Shown: one piece after another, positions 22,679 to 35,994 of the stretch
Position numbering within the stretch: the first letter of the stretch is position 1
Layout: every line of letters starts with the position of its first letter
Assembly (NCBI GenBank): GCA_964234715.1
Contig: OZ174276.1
DNA length: 64,000 bases
From: Podarcis melisellensis
Lineage: Eukaryota
Reading direction: 5' to 3' (one strand)
Program-made: the position numbers and the translations under genes
The notes under the pieces: model-generated
Database searches by the model: none
What the model saw: only the letters and a program-made list of their open reading frames with translations
Told to the model about the DNA's origin: nothing

Positions 22679-23956
22679 GAATAAGAGTACACTGCCTTAA
22701 TATACTGCTTGAGTCATATGATCAATGGGATCAGGCACAACTCTGAAGTTAAGAGGGAAAAGGGAGTCTTGTAGAAGTGACAGAGTGCCAGCCTAATTTC
22801 TATTGGATGGGATTGCAGAAATGACTAAGAAGCCTGCACCATTAACTCCTAAGACACCATGTCTCTTGGCTGCAAAGTTCACTTCCTTTCCCTTTTCAGA
22901 TCTTGTCCTTCAAGAAAACTTGTCACCTTTAAGAGATGTGTCAGTACAGTCCTTTTGTTCCAATGGCAAAGATGAGCAAGACAGCTCAAGGTCATTACAT
23001 TTTGGGTTGCAAAACAAAAGCTAAAGTAACATAGTTCTTACAGATTTCAAATGCAGACTACATCAGGCCTAAATCAGAGCCCTGAGAAACCCTGTCGTTC
23101 AGTAATTTGTCAGGAGCACAGCTCAAGGCATGTCTAGCAGCCAATAGTAATGTCACCATGGAAAGTTACCGAGAAAATATCTCCTTTTTTAACAATGAAA
23201 AGGCAATTATCTCACACACCCTGAACTTATAAAAATGCAGCAGTCGCTACTGAATCTTGCTGAGAGTGGAAAAACACTGGCCATTAAATGGCAGCCCCAT
23301 ATACAAGCTAGAGTAGTGCACTCAAAGGTCTTTGATTAACCCAACATCTTTGCATTAGAAGCATTCAACTCATTTGGCAATTCGGAATAAGTTTAGGGCA
23401 CTTGCTTGGATGCAGTCAATTTACCATGCACTTGCCACACCAGCTTTATGTAGATCACTTAAAATTGATGTATATCACTTAAAAGCAGAGTGTGTTGGTT
23501 CCCAACCACATGCATTTAGAACTATTTAGACCTTTAAAATATGGTCCCTTTAGCATATGTAGTGGTTGTGAATGAATGCACTGTTTCCTCAGGGTTCTTA
23601 CTTCACATGAATTAGATGCTACACCTTTCATTTTTTGGCTCACACACATAAATTTTTGTTAGTTTTCTGTTGGGGGGAGGAAGGTATGTTATTTTTCCAT
23701 CAGTTTAAATGTAGGACACATTTTAATTGTACTACTGTTACAGAGAAAATGAATACGTCAAAGTGCATCCCTATATATGAAAATGAATTTAAAGTATTTT
23801 TTTTTTAAAAAATTGGTCCCAGCTTCACCAAAAGAAAGCCAATCTTGCATTACAAGTAAGAGGCAGGTTTCAAAAGATTAATGTTTCAAAGAAAAAGACT
23901 TGCATAGAAATCACATGTACTAATTTATATGTATAGCTGCAACATATACATACATA

Positions 23957-23957
<1 letters not shown>

Positions 23958-24002
<45 letters not shown>
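23958..24002. repeat. (TAT)n microsatellite
   Basis: About 15 TAT units. Confidence 0.95.
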
Positions 24003-24005
<3 letters not shown>

Positions 24006-25828
24006 ATCAGAAATAGTTACTAAAATTTAAACAGACACACAGAGCTTCCTATTTATGCAGGGGTTATATCCCAGGCCCCTGCACCCGTAAGTGAAATTGT
24101 GTAAAGAGGGAAGCACCCTCTAAAAATCCTTTAAATGCTTTCTCTTTAATTCATACCAAAAATACTGCACGTATTCCAAAGAACTGAAGCTCTGGGGCTG
24201 GCAGGAGGCTAGAGGATGCATGCGAAAGCTGCTGCTGCTGCTGCTGCACTACCCCACACACCAGCTGTTAAGTGGGGAAGCTGAGCCCTGCTGTGCCTCT
24301 GGTCTCTTTGGGGCTTCCTCACGAGCCGAGAGGGCTCTCCAGCTCTCTCCTGCCACTTCTGGGTATGAATTGAATGACTTAATTACTTTCTTGTGCTGCA
24401 CATATACACAGTCACACACAAGTAGAACACACGTGTGTTGGGGGATGCCAGTATAATACACCTAATCTCACCATAATGGAGAGGAGAAGGACTTGTGTGC
24501 CTGCTCAGTCTGCTGTCCAGGTGCTAACTGCTGGTGGGCAACATCAAGGCCTCTCTTGCTCTCCTCTTTCATGGTTCTTTATCTTTAAATTGGACTTTGA
24601 ATTGAGAGCCCTTTAAATGGAGGATGACTTCAAATAGAGGCTGGCCCTCTGTAAACAGAACACATGGCCACTCTGATTCAGGAGTATTTCACCTCTGGAA
24701 GAGACAGAGGAATAAGCTAGGAGGAGGGGAGACAGGGCCACTCAGCAATAAGGGGTCACTTAAGATATGCAGCAGGGATCTCTGATTGCACATTTAAAAG
24801 CAGCTGCACAAAAACATGCAAGCAACTTTACATAGGGAAGCATCTGGCAAATATTTTCCCCAAAACATCTCCCTTGCAACTTGTAAAAATAGAGGATTAA
24901 GCACCCACTACGTCCTGCAGCTGCTGCAGCCAAATTAGTCATTTGCTGTACTAATGGAAACCAATTATTCTGCTTTGATTTTCACTTTCTCAAATAAAGC
25001 AGCCTGGATCTCCCAGGAAATTGCCCTCTAGCTGCTGCTCTCTCTGCCCCAGCAATTACTCTACAGACATGCCTGGTCAACTTTGAGCATCTGTTCAGGG
25101 GCAAAGGGTAAGTCAATGGCATGCAGTCGCTCTCTTGCCCTCTGTCCATTGAGGAGAGCAAACTGTGTTTCTACAGAGTTGGAATTACTGGACAAATCTC
25201 AGTCACCTCTGCCTCTGCTTTGATCAGAGATCACTTATTGCAGTTGGACCTCTCTCCAGCCCAACAGTCTCACCTGATGGCACCAAAGCAGCCTCCAGTT
25301 CAAAGGATGCAAGTTGAGGTCACACTATTGGTTCAGCCACAGGTGAGTGAAGTGATGAAAATCCAAGATGGCCAAGTAAATCAATACTAAAAGTATAAAA
25401 GCCTCAACGTATGTCAAATATGTAAATGGGGATGAAGGGAGGTAAATCAATAACCTGTGCCTCACCAATTATGTAGATACTGACATACAGCACAGACTAA
25501 AAAAAGACAATGGTTGTAGGGAGTTTGATTTGGCTTCTGAAATCTATGCATCTGCCCTTGAGAATTCTCTCATTCTCCCTCTTCTTCCCTCCCTCCCTCT
25601 CTCACACACATTTGCTTCCTCCACAGGAACAACACTACAGCTAACACCTTAGCAAGATCATCCACACAATAAACAGCCAATAATAATTGCATCAGCACAC
25701 ACAGAAAATGAAAAAGAAGAGAAGGGGTAAAATCTGAATGGAGAGTCAACTTTTTTTAAAAATGCTGGCATTTTGAATGTTGCTCAACTTTTGTGCCCGG
25801 ATTTTCACTTTTTGAAATATGGTAACCC

Positions 25829-25959
25829 TAGGTGTGAGGAATCTTTGGCCCTCCAGATATTGCTGAACTACAATTCCCATCATCCTCAGCAAGCATGGCC
25901 AGGGATGATGCGAGTTGTAGTTCAGCAACATCTGGAGGGCCAAAGGTTCTGCACATCTG
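25829..25959. mobile_element. Palindromic hAT-type MITE
   Basis: Arms CTTTGGCCCTCCAGATATTGCTGAACTACAA / TTGTAGTTCAGCAACATCTGGAGGGCCAAAG. Confidence 0.8.
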
Positions 25960-25974
25960 CTCAAGGACAATGAT

Positions 25975-26136
25975 TTGCTGTATAGCTTAAGTTGGTTAGA
26001 GCACAGTGTTGATAACACCAGGCTTGTAGGTTTGATTCCCCTACAGTACAGTTGCACAGTCCTGCATTGCGGGGGGGGTGTGTGTGGACTAGATCATCCT
26101 TCCTCAGGGGTCCCTTCCAACTCTATGATTCTATGA
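25975..26136 (+). mobile_element. tRNA-derived SINE with CR1-like 3' tail
   Basis: tRNA-like head TAGCTTAAGTTGGTTAGAGC...GGTTTGATTCCC. Tail GGTCCCTTCCAACTCTATGATTCTATGAT matches the CR1 end near 40234-40263. Confidence 0.75.
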
Positions 26137-27470
26137 TCAGTTTCCTTATGCAGAAAAACTGAAAAATGAGATAAACTGAAAAGCTGGATAACCAAAAGGA
26201 CCTGTGATGGCATGGAACAGCCAAGCAAATTATAATGCATGACTTCACCCCAAAGTGTAAAGATAGCACTGATCGAATTCAAAGCTGAACACTCTACTGC
26301 TATCAGGGATTTGGCAGTGACAGAAAGTGTGGTTGTATACCACTACAGAAGCATACTGCAAGGATAATGAGGCTGTACACTGCTTGTACGAATTCACTAA
26401 AGCCAAGGTAACAACAAAGGATGAAGGTTGGAGAAACAGAGCGAGCTGATAATCTGGCATAGCAATAGAAAGGATGTCACTGCCTCCAGCCATAAGCCTT
26501 CCCTGAGGACACCATATCCTGGGCAGGACCACAGTGAGGAAAATTTCAGAATTGTGCCAGGGGAGTCACTTGTTAACTTCAAAAGGCTGAAAGACTCAAA
26601 CACACCAGTCGCAATGAAAACAGAAGCCTCAAGCTCAATTAGCTTTCACAGAATGAAGGAGTTGGAAGCTGAAGTGGCTGGCAGGGTGGACACAGCCTAT
26701 CCAGTCTCTGCTTAGTTACCTCCACCTTCGTTAGTCTGTTCCATTGCTGAATGGCTATTACCATTTAGAAGGTTCTCCTGAGTTTCAGCCAAAATCTACA
26801 TTCTAGTATGAATGTGTATTTATACATTATGCTGTGCTTTGGGTATTAAAATACAAGCTTTCAGGTGTGCATGCACTGAAAGTCTGTGATGCTGACATAA
26901 GGTTTTTTTTAAAACTATATTTTTAGTTAAGAGGCCTAATCACAGAAGTTGTCATGAAGGTCACAAAGAAACTACAATCACATGTATCACAAATATAATG
27001 TGTGAAGTTCTAGACAGACAAAAATGACTAACTCTTGGAGGGCAAACTATCCAGAACAATAGGGTCACAATCTTGGTTGTGGTCCTTTAGTGCTACGGTA
27101 TGATCTATTCTTCCACGCCTACCCCTAAAAAATAATAATAATTCAATGAAGATCCAAAGATTACAAAATTGCAAAGACTTACATAGATGCCCTGAGAAAC
27201 TGTAAACAGCAGAGGAGCTTGGGCTGCTTCGCAAGACCCACCCCCTCCTTTTACTAAGCCTGCTTCTTTATCTCCCCTTGTAATATTGCTGCTGGCGCAA
27301 ATTGCTGCAGCTCTCATGTGACACACTGATGCCCAGTCCAAGGATAGCTGTGCAGGATTTTTCTGCCCCCACATGGCACAACAAAGAAACTACATGCCAT
27401 TCAGGAAAAAAACCCCTTCACTACTGTCCTCCCCTTCCCCTCTCTTCTTATCACCACTCCCTCTTACACA

Positions 27471-27647
27471 AGCCAATAGGATTTCTTCTTGGTCCACAAA
27501 GCTTACCCTTCAGTGTTCACAGGCAGCTTGTAAATAGGAGCAGAAGAGGGTGAAAGTGTTTGCATACAGTGCTGTCGGCTGGAAGATGAAACAACCGACA
27601 GGAAAGAGTGATGCTGCTCAATATAACCCAGAAAGGAAGATATCCGG
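27471..27647 (+). promoter_or_regulatory. Candidate AMIGO3 promoter and first exon of the 5' leader
   Basis: CCAAT 27473-27477, TAAATAG 27531-27537, donor CGG|GTAAGA after 27647, matching acceptor at 28228-28229. Inference only. Confidence 0.4.
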
Positions 27648-28283
27648 GTAAGAGCTGCTTTCTTTGGCGTTTCTATATGAGATTACAGAGGAGAAGAAAT
27701 GGGCTCGTATTGGCCCTTTTATGATGAATCTGTACTGGAGTTGCTTAGCCTCAAGATAAGGATCCACTAATGGAAACTTTGGGATCTAAGGACATTTGAC
27801 TTGGCAAAGCAAAAAATAAAAATAAAAAAAATAAAAAAATGGATCCAGCTTCTCCCTGGACCAATGTTACTGAAGGAGCAGCCTCAAATAGATGCAAGGT
27901 TGGGTTATTCGGAGAGGGACACTTTAGAGGCAAATCCTGTAAACATGCTCAAGGCTTTTGAATCAGAGCTCAAGATGATCTATATAGACATACCTTGTTT
28001 TTGAAATTATTTGAGGCAATACCTGCACACAGACTCCTGCCAGTTTCTACAACTACCAAGAGAGGCATGCAGAACAGCAGTTACATGCTGGCCTTTGATT
28101 ACAGCATATTTCTTAAATGCCTGTTTATTCTGAGTGAGACAACCCAATATTTTAAGGAGCATAATTCAGAGTCTTTAGGCACCATCTGATTTTACTGATT
28201 CATTCTACTGTTGCCCTTTCACACATCAGTGTCTTGCAAGAGGATTATACTCAGTGTGAGTTTGACTTTGAGAACTTATTTCC

Positions 28284-29867
28284 ATGCTAGTGACAAACCA
28301 GGGTGAGCTCCACTGTTACATGATGAATGTACTGACCTTGGCTTTATTTATTTGGAAACTGCTTGGAAAGCTGTTAGTTTTCTTTGTCCTGTGCATTCAA
28401 GTCAGCACCTTAAACAACTGCACTCTCAGAAGATGTCCTGAAGTTTGCATTTGTACTGCTGATCTCATGAGTTGTGCCAAGAAGGATCTTGAACAGGTCC
28501 CCAGCACCCTGCTTCCCACAGCCACTACCTTGGACCTCAGCTACAATAACATCACTCAGCTTAATGACTACTGGCTGGCTGCCTTACCACGTCTCCAGAC
28601 CCTCAGGATCAGCCACAACAAGATCCACAATATCACCCGGCAAGTGTTCCACAATGCCACTTACATTGTACACCTGGACATGTCTTCCAACTACCTGAGC
28701 ACTGTGGAGAAGTACTACTTTGATGGCCTTGTGAAGTTGGAGGAGCTCTTGCTATACAACAACAAGATTGTACAAGTCGATCAAAATGCTTTTGTCAAGT
28801 TAATCAGATTGCAAAAAGTCTACCTGAGTTGGAACAGGCTAACAAAATTTCCATTTGAGTCCATTCAAAGACTTGAACACCCATACCTGAGAACCCTGGA
28901 TCTGTCTGCTAACAACCTAAGCAGCATTCCAGTTCAAGTAATAGCAACTTTGCCTGGGTACATAAAAAATGGCTTGTACCTTCACAACAACCCTGTGATA
29001 TGTGACTGCTCTCTTCATCTGATGCTCCAGGAATGGAAGCACCGCGGTTTCAGTTCTGCGGAGGATTTTGTAGAGGAGCACACCTGCAAAGCTTTCCCCA
29101 ATGTGCCACGTTCCTTAGTCAACACCTTCAATTACAACAAGTATATTGGAGATTGCTCCTGGAACCAATTTGACATTCCCCAAATCCTCTGCCAAGTGGG
29201 AGAATCCTTGGTAATAGACTGCAACACGAGCCTCCATAATGACAATACCACAAATTACAGATGGATCTCTCCTAGACATGAATTATTCATGTACCCTGAG
29301 CACAGTAATCAGGAACATCAACCTTTCAGAAATGGAAGCCTATTGATCAGAAAGGGTAACCGTTCCCATTCCGGCGTTTATGTGTGCATAGCCATCAACG
29401 AGCTCCAACAGATCAACCAGACGTTTGAAGTCAACATCACATTTCAATACCCCAAACCACCCGAGTCTTTCAATACCGGCCTCACAACCCTCTTAGGGTG
29501 TGTTGTAACTCTGGTACTTGTCCTCATGTACTTGTACCTCACACCATGTCGCTGCTCCAAGTGCTTCAAGAAGCCCGCCAGCCCCCCTCCAGACTGCAGC
29601 GCCCAATCGTCCATCCTTAGTACCACCCCGCCAGCCACAGATGGGCCAAATCGCAAGATCAGCGCAAACAAGCATGTTGTTTTCCTAGAGCCCATCAAGG
29701 AAGCCCAGAATGGCAAGGTCAGGTTGGCCGTCAGCGAGGACTTTCCAGAAGCTAAAAGCCCCAGACTCTTACAGCTCAAACTGGACAGTGAATCAATCAG
29801 CTCAGTCTTTTCAGATCCTCTCATCATGTCCTATGAGGAACGAGAACAGACACCGGCAGATGGATAG
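28284..29867 (+). CDS. AMIGO3: AMIGO3 (amphoterin-induced LRR-Ig type I membrane adhesion protein); true start may be ATG 28320 or 28323
   Basis: Signal peptide, LRRNT CPEVCIC, about 6 LRRs, LRRCT LHNNPVICDC, Ig domain (C...W...SGVYVC), TM TLLGCVVTLVLVLMYLYL, TPCRC, and AMIGO tail SAQSSILSTTP...KHVVFLEP...QNGKV. Paralog assigned from its position inside RNF123 next to GMPPB. Confidence 0.93.
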   Translation: MLVTNQGELHCYMMNVLTLALFIWKLLGKLLVFFVLCIQVSTLNNCTLRRCPEVCICTADLMSCAKKDLEQVPSTLLPTATTLDLSYNNITQLNDYWLAALPRLQTLRISHNKIHNITRQVFHNATYIVHLDMSSNYLSTVEKYYFDGLVKLEELLLYNNKIVQVDQNAFVKLIRLQKVYLSWNRLTKFPFESIQRLEHPYLRTLDLSANNLSSIPVQVIATLPGYIKNGLYLHNNPVICDCSLHLMLQEWKHRGFSSAEDFVEEHTCKAFPNVPRSLVNTFNYNKYIGDCSWNQFDIPQILCQVGESLVIDCNTSLHNDNTTNYRWISPRHELFMYPEHSNQEHQPFRNGSLLIRKGNRSHSGVYVCIAINELQQINQTFEVNITFQYPKPPESFNTGLTTLLGCVVTLVLVLMYLYLTPCRCSKCFKKPASPPPDCSAQSSILSTTPPATDGPNRKISANKHVVFLEPIKEAQNGKVRLAVSEDFPEAKSPRLLQLKLDSESISSVFSDPLIMSYEEREQTPADG

Positions 29868-30737
29868 GAAGCAATCCACAGGAAGGATGCAGCCAAGGTG
29901 GAGAGTGGGGAAGGAGTGGGGTCAAGCCCCATATCCATTGTGGGAGGGAGAGGGAAGACAATATATATTTACAAAGCATCTCCTCACTGAAAAGCACAGA
30001 GGAATTCTCTTCATCTCCCTTGCATGGACTACTGTGGTTTATTCTTAATTTCCTTCATCTCCCCTAGAAATTATGGAGGCCTTTTCTTCTAACAATTCTA
30101 GTCTGACTGTCCCAGAATCCATTTATTATGCACAACAGAAGCAACCATCTTTTGACAAAAAAGAATCGAGTGCTCTTTACACATCCCAGATGACTACAGC
30201 CTGCTCAGTAACTTGTAGCAGAGAGTACCATCCCCCTTTAGAAAACTGCTGTGGAATACAAGATTGTGTAATGGCTTTGATTTTCAGAGAATAAACATTT
30301 GCTATATAAGCAAGCCTGTTTTTATTTCTGGAGAAGAAAGAGTGCCCTTGCTGGACCAAAGAGGGGGGCATTTCTTACTTTTTAACTGCTTTAGTCAGCT
30401 ACTGCTTCTAATATTAATTTGGAAAGTAGGTTCCCGAGCCCATACTTTTCAACTTACTTCTAGGCTTCTTGGAACAAGTCATAGCATGGCTAAAAACTGA
30501 AGCAATGCTCCCTTTACAGAGGTCACAAGCCCTGCTCCAGATGACCACCTCGCCCTTTGGGATATGTGCAGTCAGCCACGTAAGTGTCAGAAACTGTAAG
30601 AGTCAGTCTTCTGCTTGAATCAGCTTAACAAAACTGCTTGGTATTACTAGACACACTGCCTGCCCCTTAAAAGCACCTTGTTCTGGGTTTGCTTTTAATG
30701 AGGAACCTTTTCCCCAGGTTGAATTCTTCGTATCTAC

Positions 30738-30743
30738 AATAAA
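30738..30743 (+). terminator. Candidate AMIGO3 polyadenylation signal (alternative AATAAA at 30290-30295)
   Basis: AATAAA followed about 25 nt later by TGTGCTTTT. Confidence 0.4.
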
Positions 30744-33700
30744 ATTCTAATAGCTCGGGCATCCTGTGCTTTTGGATCACTGTGACAGAAAGCAAAAATC
30801 GGTGCCAGAAAATTATCCTTGGGTTAGACTTGAGAAGGGCAAATTATTTATTTTGCTGTCATCACAGCAGAGGGGAGTTCGATCCCAGACAGGGTTAAAA
30901 AGGATGCTATTCTAGACACAGTGCTGATGTTGTGTTATGTTTTGTAAATGCACAATTAACCTATGGCTGGCCAATTCAGATAACTGGATTAGATAGACAA
31001 GAGCACTGCTGTGGTTAGTGTACCTTTTTATATAACTTAATATAGCCATTAAAAGTTAACTTTGTTTCTCCCCACCCACCCCTGCCCCAAAAGCTGCTGT
31101 AAATAATCAAATTCAGGAATGCATTAGATTATTCATGCACCTAGTGTAATTACAACAAGCCAGCTCCGCTCCGCTCCGCTCCGCTCTGCGCTTAAATGAA
31201 CCATCTCCCTGCCTTTTTTCTCCTTGAGAAGGGCAGATGTGCTTGGGAGAACGAAGCATCTAGCTATTTTGGTAGTACTTTAATCCATGTAATGATAATA
31301 ATTGTAACCTGGGGGGAGATTTCCTCTCGGGTTACATTTAAATAAAAACGCCCTTTTATTTTAAAATGGTTGTTGTCTGCATCTGAAATTGTCTTTGCCC
31401 TGCAACGGTGTGAGACAGTGCAGGCTTCTTCTCCCTTGCCTGTGGCCAGGTAAAGCTCCATATACAAAGTTCTAGTTCTTTTAACACAAAAGGAGCTCAA
31501 ATACCAGTCTAAACCCAGGTACTCTAAATATTACAGATGTCTCTGATATTAAAACCAAATTACAACACAGTTTAATTTTGGCACAGTAAATGAGGCTGGA
31601 AGGTGCAAAGAAAGAAATGCAGCACACAATTCTAAGTCTGTGGGCAAGAACTTGACACATTATACCCAAACAAATATTTACATGTATGTGTATGTGTGTG
31701 GGGGGTCAAGACTGAGGAAGGAAGAAAACATATGAAATTCCATTAAAACTAATTTCTGCAAGGCTTGGTGCAAAAAAACACACAAGGATCCCCCCCCCCA
31801 ATGGGCCATCTCTTTGGAGCAAAAGAAGATAGAATAGAGTGGTTTCTCCCTTCTAATACTTTGGCTTGCTTACTTTGCACACATTCAGACACTGTTTTAC
31901 CTTGCAAAAATACTCTTCCAGGAGCCATAATATCAAACTTCATTTGGCCTTAATCCCTTCTCCCGATGGCTAGTAGTTACTATACTACATTATTTCATTA
32001 CAGGCTAGCTATACTGCAGCCCAAAGTACAGCTTGAAGACTGAACAGAAAACTGGGCTAGATAAGTTGGCACACACCAACATGAACATTACAGAGCAAAC
32101 TATGCACTGCCAGAGGTTCTCACAAACTTGTATTCTGGACAGCCACAAATGTTGTTGACGTGAGGCTAGAAAAATCCAGGGAAGATATTAATATCTTCCA
32201 AGATCATCTGGGTCGGGGTGTTTCTAAACCAGAAGCTAAGAAAAATAACCAAGATTGTTTATTCTATTAACATTTCTTGCTTGCATCTTGCGAAGCATAC
32301 ATAGCCACTGACAATCCTGAATCAGGATTCCTGATACTCAAAACATAGAGAGATGTGGATCTTTAGTTTGGCCATATTTTTATGCTGTGGTTCTGCACGC
32401 CAGGGTCAAAGCAGAATATGGGGAAAGCAGCAGGAGATGTCAAGCCATGATTTCCAGAACTTGAGATGTTCTATGCTGTTGAGATGCTCCTACTATGCTG
32501 TCAGTGGACAGAGTCAACCTGAGCCTGGGAAGAGTAGCACACCAAGCAACTGTCAGAGACAGCAGCATTCTGTATCACAGCCCTACTCCCCCCAGTTCTT
32601 TGCCAGGAAAAAGCTAGTAAGTCACTCGACACAAATCAAAACTGAATTAAGCAACATTTGCTTCTTTTCATATGTGCACATGCCAAAGAATATTTAGCTC
32701 CTTAAAAAATCCATATTTAAAAATCAACTTGTAAATGGATAGGCATTGAGGTAGTTAAGATACAAAAACAAGTAACAAGAGATCAAAGCAGCAGCATTTT
32801 TAAAAATCCTATTTATCCAATTTTGGAGGCTAAGAAATGTGTGGTTGGGAGTTTTTATTTGTTCTAATCTGTTCATAAATCATAAAATTACTGCTAATAA
32901 CCCAAACCTTGGGATGAAATGGGGTAGACTACCAAAAAACAACAATTTTTACAATTTATCTTTTATCCAGCAGGAAAGGATGTAGGAATGCATTTGCTGC
33001 TGCTGACTAACAAATCACAACAGACATACTGAGCTTCAGGGCAGAAATCTTAAAGTGCAACCTAGTTCAGTACTACTCACTCCCAGGTAAGTCTACATAG
33101 GATTGCAGCCTTAGCTACTGAGAAGCTAATCCCACAAGAAAAAAGGCAGAGGAGGAGTGGTGCTCATATTACTTACTCCCATGGCTGCTCTCATAGATAT
33201 CTCAAATTGAGAATAAAAAAGGCTACAGTTTTTGTCCACTGAAGTGCTCCTTAGCAAAGAAAGAAAGAGGGGGGAAGTCATCGTGATACATGCAATAAAA
33301 TGGAAATTAGTTATTCTGTCTGTCTGTCTATATCTAGCTAGCTAGCTATCATTACTTCTAGTCAAAGGAAATAAACTGTGCAGATACTACAATAAAGTGC
33401 ATAAAATTCTTCAATAACTTTCATGTTATTCTACAGTATTCCTCACTGCTCTACAGTAGACCAGGGGATCAGTTAAATTTCAGAACCTCTTAATGAGTAC
33501 AGTCATGAATTTCCAATTACCAGCACTTTACAAAAAAATCAGTCTGCTCTCTGGGACTGCCCCTTCTCCTAACTACAGACAGAATTCTCCTTCAATCACA
33601 TCATCCTGCATTAAAATCTGCCTGTGAATTATGGCCAATGTTCTCAGGCCCTGCTCACATTCCATCAGCAAGAGAGATGATTGGTAGAGGCACAAGACTG

Positions 33701-34134
33701 TGTCTTTTCAGTAATGGAACCCCCATTGTTGAACTCATTCCTAAGGAAGTTAGACTTCTTTGATGTCTTTTGCACGAACCGTTAAGATTCTATTCTGTCA
33801 GACTTTTAGTGCATTTTAATTCATAGCAGCTGTAGATCTAGCTTCTAGCTTTTGAACGTCCACTGGTTGTGATGGGATTTGAATGGTTCAAAGCTGCCTT
33901 GGATTGGATTGGAAGGCACTATATAAAAATGTTTCAATATACAGTATAAGTACACCTTTCTCCCAGGCCCAGATTGTGCCTGACCCCAAAGACCTTCACC
34001 ACAATGCAATATAATAACTGAAGACACAACTAAGCATAGAGAAGATGAGTAAAAGGACGTGGTAGAGATATAGACATCCCATGGTGTTCCTGTATTATCC
34101 AACCACCTAATTTAGACAGAGAGCAACAAGTGAA

Positions 34135-34290
34135 GGGCCTCACTCAGCTCAGAGGTGGAACACATGTTGTGCATGCCAAAGGGCTCAAGTTCAACCCTTG
34201 GCATTTCCAGTGAGGGCCGGGAAAGACTCCTGCATGCCTTGATGGAGAGATGCATGTCAGTCTGTGTAGACCAAGGGTCATGACCTTTTC
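34135..34290 (+). mobile_element. Degenerate tRNA-derived short SINE (Squam3-like)
   Basis: CAGCTCAGAGGTGGAACAC...AGTTCAACCCTTGGCATTTCCAG head; reverse-complement similarity to 48398-48602. Confidence 0.55.
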
Positions 34291-35400
34291 TGAGCCCAAG
34301 GACCACATTCCGTCATGGACAACCTTATGGGTGCCTAATGCCATTGGTGGGTGTGCCAAAGGCAAAAGTGGGGTGAGCAACAGGCGTGAGCCCTACGAAC
34401 ACGTCTCCCCATCCAGGCATCCAAAAGGCACTACGTCAGTTCAGGAACAAGCAAAAGCACATGGGGAGGTGTGGAGCAGGGCTGATGTGATGTGTGACCT
34501 GTGAAAGGGGTTTGTGCTGGGTAGAGTCTCAAAGCCTCATTAGAAAGGTCTGGAGAGTGAATATTTGGCCTCTGAATCGGAAGTTCCATAGCCCTGGTGC
34601 ACACAATACTACATGGAATATTCTGAAGCGGCACAAGGCACCTTCTCGCATTCCTACAGAATGAAGAAGGTAGGACAGACTATCTTATGTCCACTAGGAA
34701 GAACCGGACATCTGCAAACAAGTCAAAACCCCTGTTTCTCCACAAAGTGGCCTTCGAGCCACATACCTACTGGGAAGTAGAAGAGCGGTTCCATTCTAAG
34801 TGACTGTGCCCACTCTACACCCATTAAAAAAGGATGAGAAAGCATGAAATACTATCCACATGCTCACTTCTACACATTTCTTCAATGGGAAAACAATCTC
34901 ATATCTAAGGAGATAGCCAATTACTCAGAGGCAAAGTTCAGAGATCATGCTAGAACCCAGTTTAGCACCATGTGGATGAGCCTTAGTAAGGGCATGTAAC
35001 CCCCTGCCCCAGCAAAGAGTGGTTTCTGTTTTTGTTAATGACTGGTTATTTATTGCTTTCCAGAGCAGTTTCCCTCATCATTAAAAGCAACCCAATGTTT
35101 CTGAAAGCACATGCTTCATTCCCATCTGAATTAATCTTTAATTTAAGACACCTAGCAATGAGGTTTGTTTTCAATCTAAAAAGGCAAATGAAAGCATAAG
35201 TGCATCTATGAGTGCATTCCGCCACCTGTGCATTGCCTAAAGACACCCAATCTCAACGCCTTTGATGCCTTCTGACCAGAAAAGGGTGCTGCTAAACCTT
35301 CCCAGCTTTGACCTGCTAACAACATAAAAATAAGGACATCCCTGCTGGATCAGGCTAGGCCTATCTAGACCAGCATCCTCTCCTTACTCTTGATAGCAAT

Positions 35401-35482
35401 CCCTAGCTAGCAGGACCAGTGGTCAGGGATGATGGGAAATGTAGTCCAAAAACAACTGGAGACCCAAGTTTGGGAAACCCTG
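35401..35482. mobile_element. Truncated inverted copy of the 41811-41946 hAT MITE
   Basis: Reverse complement of that element's left part, ending AAGTTTGGGAAACCCTG. Confidence 0.75.
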
Positions 35483-35619
35483 CTCTAGATCATCCATGAA
35501 CAAGTTAAACTAGCACATCCCAAAACCATTTCTTGGGGGACTCTACTTTCTACTACCTTCCATTGGTAGAACTTTACACTTATTCCTACTCTCTGCTTCC
35601 TTTTTCTTAACCTCATCCA

Positions 35620-35905
35620 CAAAAGAACCTCTCCTCTTATTCCATGACTTCTAAGATTACTCAGAAGTCTTTAGTGAGATACTTTGTCAAAAGCTTTTTG
35701 AAAGCCCAAATACATAATGTCAAATGGATCACTTCTATCTAAGTGCTTGTTGATACTCTCAAAAAACTCTAATAGGCAAATGAGAGAAAACTTACACTTG
35801 CAGAAACCACACCGGTTCTGCTTCAGCAAGACTTACTTCTGGTATATGCTTGATTACTCTGTCTAACAATGCTTTCCTTTTTTTCTGGAACAGATGTTAA
35901 GCTAA
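35620..35905 (-). mobile_element. Old CR1 LINE reverse-transcriptase fragment
   Basis: Minus strand reads DPFDIMYLGFQKAFDKVSH, a variant of the CR1 RT motif D(F)xKAFD. Confidence 0.7.
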
Positions 35906-35994
35906 CCTCACATTTTAAGAGGAGAGCCCCAATGCTGCCTCATTTGGTCCATGGAGAGCAGTAGCAGACATTTACAACAATGAGTACCTAGGTG

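Noticed and set aside
29444-29827. 127-aa antisense ORF within AMIGO3
   Set aside because: Shadow of the coding strand; not needed to complete RNF123, whose flanking exons join in phase.
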